Shown in pieces: positions 27,153 to 32,000 of a DNA stretch of 32,000 nt (its first letter is position 1; each line of letters opens with the position of its first letter). Below the pieces are notes generated by a model that was given only the letters and a program-made list of their open reading frames with translations, made no database searches and was not told the DNA's origin. The translations under genes were made by a program, and so were the position numbers. This DNA is from Candidatus Nitrosopumilus koreensis AR1 (lineage in GTDB: Archaea > Thermoproteota > Nitrososphaeria > Nitrososphaerales > Nitrosopumilaceae). The stretch lies in the NCBI RefSeq assembly GCF_000299365.1, contig NC_018655.1:60001-92000 (forward strand), given 5' to 3'.

Positions 27153-28067
27153 ATGAAAAAAGGAAACATCAATCGTCCAAAATTGCTTATTCTAGGAGGA
27201 ACTGGGCTTGTTGGAAGTACATTGGCATCATATGCTCAAAAGATTTTTGATATACATTTGACTTATTGTACAAATTTACCTCTTTCTACTTTATCTTCTA
27301 CAAAAATTTCCTTACCTGATGAATTATCAAAACTTGAAAATTTGATTGTTCAATATGATCCTGATGTTATTGTTCATACAGTTTCTCATCCAAGTGTAGA
27401 TTGGTGTCAAGAAAATCGTGACCTGGCAAATTTTCTTCATGTAAATCTTACAGAAAATATTGCTAAATTTGCTAGTAAAATCAATTCAACTTTAATTTAT
27501 TTGTCTACTGATTGGGTTTTTGATGGAACAAGAAATAACAAATATACTGAAAATGATTCTACCAACCCCATTAATCATTATGGAGTTACAAAACTTTTAG
27601 CTGAAAAAATAGTCTTAGACTATCCTCAAAATGTAGTTTTAAGACCTGCAGTAATTTATGGTTGGCATAAAAAATCTAGATTTACTAACTGGATCATAGA
27701 TACTCTCAAAGAAAAAAAATATGTTGATCCTCATGTAGATCAATATGCTACTCCAACTTTAGTGGATGATTTAGCACTTGCAATAATTAAAATCATTGAA
27801 AATAAATCATCTGGTTTATTCCATTCAACTGGCAAAAGTTGTGTTAATAGATTTGAATTTGCAACACAAATTGCTGAAATTTTTAATTTAGATACAAATT
27901 TGATTAAACCCGTGACTCAAAGTGAAAAACCACAAAAAGCTCCAAGGCCAAACCGTACATGTTTGGATTCAAGTAAATTAGAAAATTTAATAAATTTTAA
28001 TTTTCATGATATTACTTCTGGAATTGAGTTTATTTTTGAACAATCTCAAAAATCTAATTATGAGTAA
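27153..28067 (+). CDS. dTDP-4-dehydrorhamnose reductase-like (RmlD) SDR
   Basis: ILGGTGLVGSTLASYA, ADVIVHTVSHPSVDWCQ-like motif, YLSTDWVFDGT, NHYGVTKLLAEK. Confidence 0.9.
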   Translation: MKKGNINRPKLLILGGTGLVGSTLASYAQKIFDIHLTYCTNLPLSTLSSTKISLPDELSKLENLIVQYDPDVIVHTVSHPSVDWCQENRDLANFLHVNLTENIAKFASKINSTLIYLSTDWVFDGTRNNKYTENDSTNPINHYGVTKLLAEKIVLDYPQNVVLRPAVIYGWHKKSRFTNWIIDTLKEKKYVDPHVDQYATPTLVDDLALAIIKIIENKSSGLFHSTGKSCVNRFEFATQIAEIFNLDTNLIKPVTQSEKPQKAPRPNRTCLDSSKLENLINFNFHDITSGIEFIFEQSQKSNYE

Positions 28068-28100
28068 ATTTGGATTTTTAGTTTCTATCATTTCTTCAAA

Positions 28101-28126
28101 AAGTACATAAGTTAAGTACATAATTT
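28101..28126 (+). repeat. Tandem 13-mer direct repeat (AAGTACATAAGTT AAGTACATAATTT)
   Basis: 12/13 identity between adjacent copies, 6 nt before the heptose kinase ATG. Confidence 0.6.
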
Positions 28127-28132
28127 TTCTAT

Positions 28133-29161
28133 ATGATAGTTGGAATAACTCCTGTCAGAATTAGTTTTGCCGGCGGAGGTACTGATCTACCTGAATTCTA
28201 TAATGATTTTGAGGGTAATGTACTTACTACAACCATTGATCAATTTACTTATGTTATTTTTCAACATAGGAATGACACTTCATTTCAATCATTTTCTCCA
28301 GATTTTCAAAAACATTACAAAGCCACTGAACTAAAACAAATAGAAATTGAAGATGGAACTGAAATTGCTTCTTCAATAATAAAATTTTTAGATTACAATT
28401 ATGGTTCAAATATTACTGTTTGCAGTGATGCTCCACCAGGTTCTGGTTTAGGATCATCAAGTTCTTTAGCTGTTAATTTAGTAAATGTTATAACAAAACT
28501 TCAAAAGAAAAATTGGCAAAGCTCAGAAATAGCTGAAACTGCTTTTAAGATTGAACGGGAGATACTTCATTGGCCAATGGGAAAACAAGATGAATATGCA
28601 ACAGCATTTGGAGGTTTTAATTTTATAAAATTTACTTCAGAAAAAACAACTGTTTCGCCTATATCGTTATCTAACTCATTAAAAACTGAATTACAAAAAA
28701 ACTTGGTTTTATTTTTTGTTGGAAAGACACGAGAAAGCTCTCCCATTCTATCTAATCAAATCGAACGAATAAAACAAAAAAATCAAAATATTTTAAAATC
28801 GTTACAATATGTCAAAGATTTATCACTCGAAATGTGTGATTCCATTAAAAAATCCGATATTACAAAATTTGGAGAATTACTTCACAAAGGTTGGGAAGCA
28901 AAAAAACAATTTTCAGATGGTGTGTCTAATCAAAAAATTGATGATATCTATAATTCCGCTTTAAAATCAGGTGCGTTAGGAGGCAAACTAACTGGAGCCG
29001 GTGGTGGTGGTCATATGCTACTATATTGTGAATCGAGCAAGCAACCTTCTTTAATTAAAAAAATGAATTCCTTAGGTTTACAAAAAGTAAATTCTACATT
29101 TTATGATGATGGTCCTAAAATTCTAAACTTATATGACTTTGCTACTTCTGATAAAACATGA
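28133..29161 (+). CDS. hddA: GHMP kinase, D-glycero-D-manno-heptose-7-phosphate kinase-like (HddA)
   Basis: TPVRISFAGGGTDLPEFY, DAPPGSGLGSSSSLAVNLV, MGKQDEYATAFGGFN, SGALGGKLTGAGGGGHMLLY. Confidence 0.9.
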   Translation: MIVGITPVRISFAGGGTDLPEFYNDFEGNVLTTTIDQFTYVIFQHRNDTSFQSFSPDFQKHYKATELKQIEIEDGTEIASSIIKFLDYNYGSNITVCSDAPPGSGLGSSSSLAVNLVNVITKLQKKNWQSSEIAETAFKIEREILHWPMGKQDEYATAFGGFNFIKFTSEKTTVSPISLSNSLKTELQKNLVLFFVGKTRESSPILSNQIERIKQKNQNILKSLQYVKDLSLEMCDSIKKSDITKFGELLHKGWEAKKQFSDGVSNQKIDDIYNSALKSGALGGKLTGAGGGGHMLLYCESSKQPSLIKKMNSLGLQKVNSTFYDDGPKILNLYDFATSDKT

Positions 29162-29751
29162 CCACAGATAAAAATTTTTTAATTGATTTTCTAGATGCTC
29201 AATCAACATGCATTTCATCTTTATCCAAAAATGTTGATCAAATATCACAAATTGTTAAAATTCTTATTTCTGCACGAAATTCTAACAAAATTATTTTTAC
29301 TCTAGGTAATGGAGGTTCTGGTTCTACTGCATCTCACTTTGTTTCAGATTTATTAAAAACTGCTTTAACAAAAAATCAAAAACGATTCAAAGCAATTTCT
29401 CTTGTTGATAATATTCCGGTAATACTTGCATGGTCAAATGATGTTTCATATGATGAGATCTTTTCTGAGCAATTAAAAAATCACCTTTCAAAAGGTGACG
29501 TGGTACTTGCTTTTAGTGGTAGTGGAAGATCTAAAAATATCATAAAAGCCCTAAAATTTGCTAAAAAAAATGGTGCAATTTGTATTGGTATGACTGGTAG
29601 TTCTGGCGGTTTAATAAATAATGTATGTGATGTATGCATAAAAATTCCAAGTTCTGATATGTTAACTATTGAATCACAACATTTGACATTATGTCATTGC
29701 ATTACGAATGCTATTAGACATAAAGGTAAACCTGTTTTTAAATATGAATAA
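29158..29751 (+). CDS. gmhA: Sedoheptulose-7-phosphate isomerase (GmhA-like, SIS domain)
   Basis: IFTLGNGGSGSTASHFVSDLLK, AWSNDVSYDEIFSEQL, LAFSGSGRSKNII; overlaps hddA by ATGA. Confidence 0.92.
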   Translation: MTTDKNFLIDFLDAQSTCISSLSKNVDQISQIVKILISARNSNKIIFTLGNGGSGSTASHFVSDLLKTALTKNQKRFKAISLVDNIPVILAWSNDVSYDEIFSEQLKNHLSKGDVVLAFSGSGRSKNIIKALKFAKKNGAICIGMTGSSGGLINNVCDVCIKIPSSDMLTIESQHLTLCHCITNAIRHKGKPVFKYE

Positions 29752-30235
29752 AAAAAAAGCAATTTTTTTAGATCGTGATGGAATTTTAAATCGAAACCGA
29801 GATGATTATGTCAAAGATATTTCTGAATTAGAAATTTTTCCCAATATTGAAAATTTTATTAAAAAATTACAAGCATCTGGGTTTTTGATAATTGTTGTAA
29901 GTAATCAATCTGCCATTAATAGAGGCTTAACTACACATAGTAATGTAGATGAAATACATGCTTCTATACAGGCTTATCTAAACAAATTTGGAGCAAATAT
30001 TGATAATTTTTATTATTGTCCTCACACTCCTGCCGAAAATTGTACATGTAGAAAGCCTAAACCTGGATTATTAATTAAAGCAATTGATGATTTTTCTATA
30101 GACCCTTTATCTAGTTGGATGGTGGGTGATAGAGATTCTGATGTTGATGCAGGTGAATCTGTTGGTTGTAAAACTATAAAGATTCAAGAAAATTCTTGTG
30201 ATTTTGAAAATATTCTTAAAACAATATTATCTTAA
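29744..30235 (+). CDS. gmhB: D-glycero-D-manno-heptose-1,7-bisphosphate 7-phosphatase (GmhB-like HAD)
   Basis: AIFLDRDGILNRNRDDYV, VVSNQSAINRG, CPHTPAENCTCRKPKPGLL, MVGDRDSDVDAG. Start at internal MNKKKA. Confidence 0.93.
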   Translation: MNKKKAIFLDRDGILNRNRDDYVKDISELEIFPNIENFIKKLQASGFLIIVVSNQSAINRGLTTHSNVDEIHASIQAYLNKFGANIDNFYYCPHTPAENCTCRKPKPGLLIKAIDDFSIDPLSSWMVGDRDSDVDAGESVGCKTIKIQENSCDFENILKTILS

Positions 30236-30281
30236 GAATTTTTTTCCAAACCTCAAAATACCTGAAAAAAAGTGAATTAAT

Positions 30282-31298
30282 ATGAATATTTTAGTTACTG
30301 GTGCAGGAGGCTATGTTGGATCTAATTTAATACCTGAACTTGTTAAAGATGGACACTTTGTCAAATGTCTTGATAGGTTCTTTTTTGGAAAAGATTTTCT
30401 GTTATCTTTCCAAGACACAAATCAAATCGAATTAATTCAAGATGATATACGTTGGTTTGATCCAAAAATTTTAGATGATGTTGACATTGTTTTTGACTTG
30501 GCTGCATTGTCAAATGATCCTGTTGGTGAATTGAACCCTGAGAAAACTTTTGAAATAAATCACTTAGGTAGAGTCCGAGTTGCAACTGAAAGTAAAAAAC
30601 ATGGTGTACCTAGATATATTCTTGCATCTAGTGCTAGTGTATATGGCCAACAAGATAATTTAGCAAATGAGGATGTAGAAGTTTTTCCAATAACTGCATA
30701 TTCCAAAGCTAATCATAAAGCGGAAATTGATGTCTTGAAATTATCTGATGAAAAATTTTGTGTTTCTGTAATGAGATTTGCTAGTCTTTATGGATTTTCT
30801 CCTCGTATGAGATTTGATATTTCAGTTAATAGTATGGTATTGGATCTTTTTAAAACTGGAAAAATTGTTGTTAGAGGAAAAAATAACAAACGACCGTTTT
30901 TGCATGTTCAAGATGCTGTTAATGCTTATAAATTAATTTTAAAAGCAGACACGGCCTCCATAAATGGCGAAATTTTCAATGTGGGAAATGAAGAACAAAA
31001 CTATTCCATTGGTCAATTAGCTGAATTGATAGCTCAATCTGTTGGAATAAAATATGAATTAGAATTAGGTGATAATAATGATCACCGATCTTATGCTGCA
31101 TCATTTGATAAAATCCGAAACACTTTAGGGTTCAAACCTGAAAAAAATATCTCATTTGGTGCAAATGAAATTTATGAAAAATTAAAAGCTGGTCAAATTA
31201 CTGATTCTACAAAAACCATTACTCTCAAATGGTATCAACATATTGAATCTGATCCAGAATTATCTAAAATTTTAAAAATAAATGGAAAGTTGCTCTGA
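30282..31298 (+). CDS. NAD-dependent epimerase/dehydratase (WcaG-like SDR)
   Basis: VTGAGGYVGSNLIPEL, DLAALSNDPVGE, SSASVYGQQ, YSKANHKAE. Confidence 0.9.
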   Translation: MNILVTGAGGYVGSNLIPELVKDGHFVKCLDRFFFGKDFLLSFQDTNQIELIQDDIRWFDPKILDDVDIVFDLAALSNDPVGELNPEKTFEINHLGRVRVATESKKHGVPRYILASSASVYGQQDNLANEDVEVFPITAYSKANHKAEIDVLKLSDEKFCVSVMRFASLYGFSPRMRFDISVNSMVLDLFKTGKIVVRGKNNKRPFLHVQDAVNAYKLILKADTASINGEIFNVGNEEQNYSIGQLAELIAQSVGIKYELELGDNNDHRSYAASFDKIRNTLGFKPEKNISFGANEIYEKLKAGQITDSTKTITLKWYQHIESDPELSKILKINGKLL

Positions 31299-31303
31299 TT
31301 AAA

Positions 31304-31834
31304 TCAATCTTTAAAGTTTGTCCAATCTTTATCTTTTTGAGAAATTATTGATGGCGTCATTGGCCATTTAATATTGAACATTGGATCGTCCCATCTTATC
31401 CCATTTGCATTCTCTGGCATGTAATACTGTGACATTTGATAAAATAATTCTGTATTGTCTTCTAATGTTTGAAACCCTAATGCAAATCCTTCTGGTACAT
31501 ATAACTCAAAATTTTCTTCTGAACTTAATTCAACACTTCCCCATTTCTTGAATGTTTCAGAATTTTTTCTCAAATCAATAAACACTTCAAAGACTTTACC
31601 CTTCACACATTTTACAATTTTTGCTTCTTCATAAGGTGATTCTTGATAATGCATTCCACGTATTGTTCCTTTTTTAGAATTAAATGATATATTGCACTGA
31701 ACAATTTCTGGATTCAAATTATTTTTTAAAAACTCATTTTTATCCCAAGTCCTTGCAAAAAACCCTCTTTCATCTTCAATTTTTTCTATTTCAACGATGA
31801 ATACGCCTTTGATCTTTAACTCGTGGAATTTCAT
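31304..31834 (-). CDS. dTDP-4-dehydrorhamnose 3,5-epimerase-like (RmlC) cupin
   Basis: DERGFFARTWDKNEF, QCNISFNSKKGTIRGMHYQ, KCVKGKVFEVFIDLRKNSETFKKW, YVPEGFALGFQTLEDNTELFYQMS. Confidence 0.93.
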   Translation of the reverse strand: MKFHELKIKGVFIVEIEKIEDERGFFARTWDKNEFLKNNLNPEIVQCNISFNSKKGTIRGMHYQESPYEEAKIVKCVKGKVFEVFIDLRKNSETFKKWGSVELSSEENFELYVPEGFALGFQTLEDNTELFYQMSQYYMPENANGIRWDDPMFNIKWPMTPSIISQKDKDWTNFKD

Positions 31835-32000
31835 AGGATGACAACCTCTGGAATTAATACAATAAATTTTGCCCCCCATGCTCGAATTTGTTTCATTTGC
31901 TCCATGATCTCTTCCTTAAAATTCCAAGCCAAAATCAATACGTAATCTGGTTTTTTTTCAAAAATTATGTCAATTGGATATACTGGAATATTTGTTCCTG
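31831..32000 (-). CDS. Partial CDS, C-terminus of a sugar C-methyltransferase-like protein
   Basis: Manual translation ...GTNIPVYPIDIIFEKKPDYVLILAWNFKEEIMEQMKQIRAWGAKFIVLIPEVVIL*; stop overlaps the RmlC-like start (ATGA). Confidence 0.7.
   Translation of the reverse strand, partial: GTNIPVYPIDIIFEKKPDYVLILAWNFKEEIMEQMKQIRAWGAKFIVLIPEVVIL

Noticed and set aside
1-32000. CRISPR array, defence island or prophage
   Set aside because: No regularly spaced direct repeats, cas genes, restriction-modification, integrase or capsid-like genes; the only mobile component is tnpB.

Overview
AT-rich archaeal chromosome segment, Nitrosopumilus/Nitrosoarchaeum-like (Thaumarchaeota) by protein character. Positions 1-11300 are mostly housekeeping: Cdc48 N-terminus, ribosomal protein L2, acylphosphatase, TtuA/Ncs6-like thiolase, site-2 protease, CutA, Pelota, a solitary IS605-family tnpB, YjbQ, DtxR- and TrmB-type regulators, and a Tes-like radical SAM protein. 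Positions 11374-32000 form a large surface-glycan/nucleotide-sugar locus: several glycosyltransferases, a Wzx-like flippase, a FkbM methyltransferase, many SDR epimerases/dehydratases, a Gmm-like Nudix protein, a complete GmhA/GmhB/HddA-type heptose-phosphate module, and RmlC- and C-methyltransferase-like proteins. Main findings: (1) six genes (pelota, tes-like, GT39-like, three GT2) are each broken by what reads as one missing A/T; five lie at or next to A/T homopolymers and the sixth (tes-like) is compatible with one, which points to sequencing undercalls or, less likely, poly-A slippage or decay; (2) an unannotated archaeal C/D box sRNA at 7076-7136 with C, D', C', D boxes and a perfect terminal stem, immediately 3' of tnpB; (3) an archaeal manno-heptose pathway with possible 6-deoxy/altro-type heptose tailoring; (4) an unlisted 54-aa cysteine-rich ORF at 7596-7760. 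No CRISPR array, rRNA or confident tRNA was seen. All homology calls are from motif recognition, not database searches.
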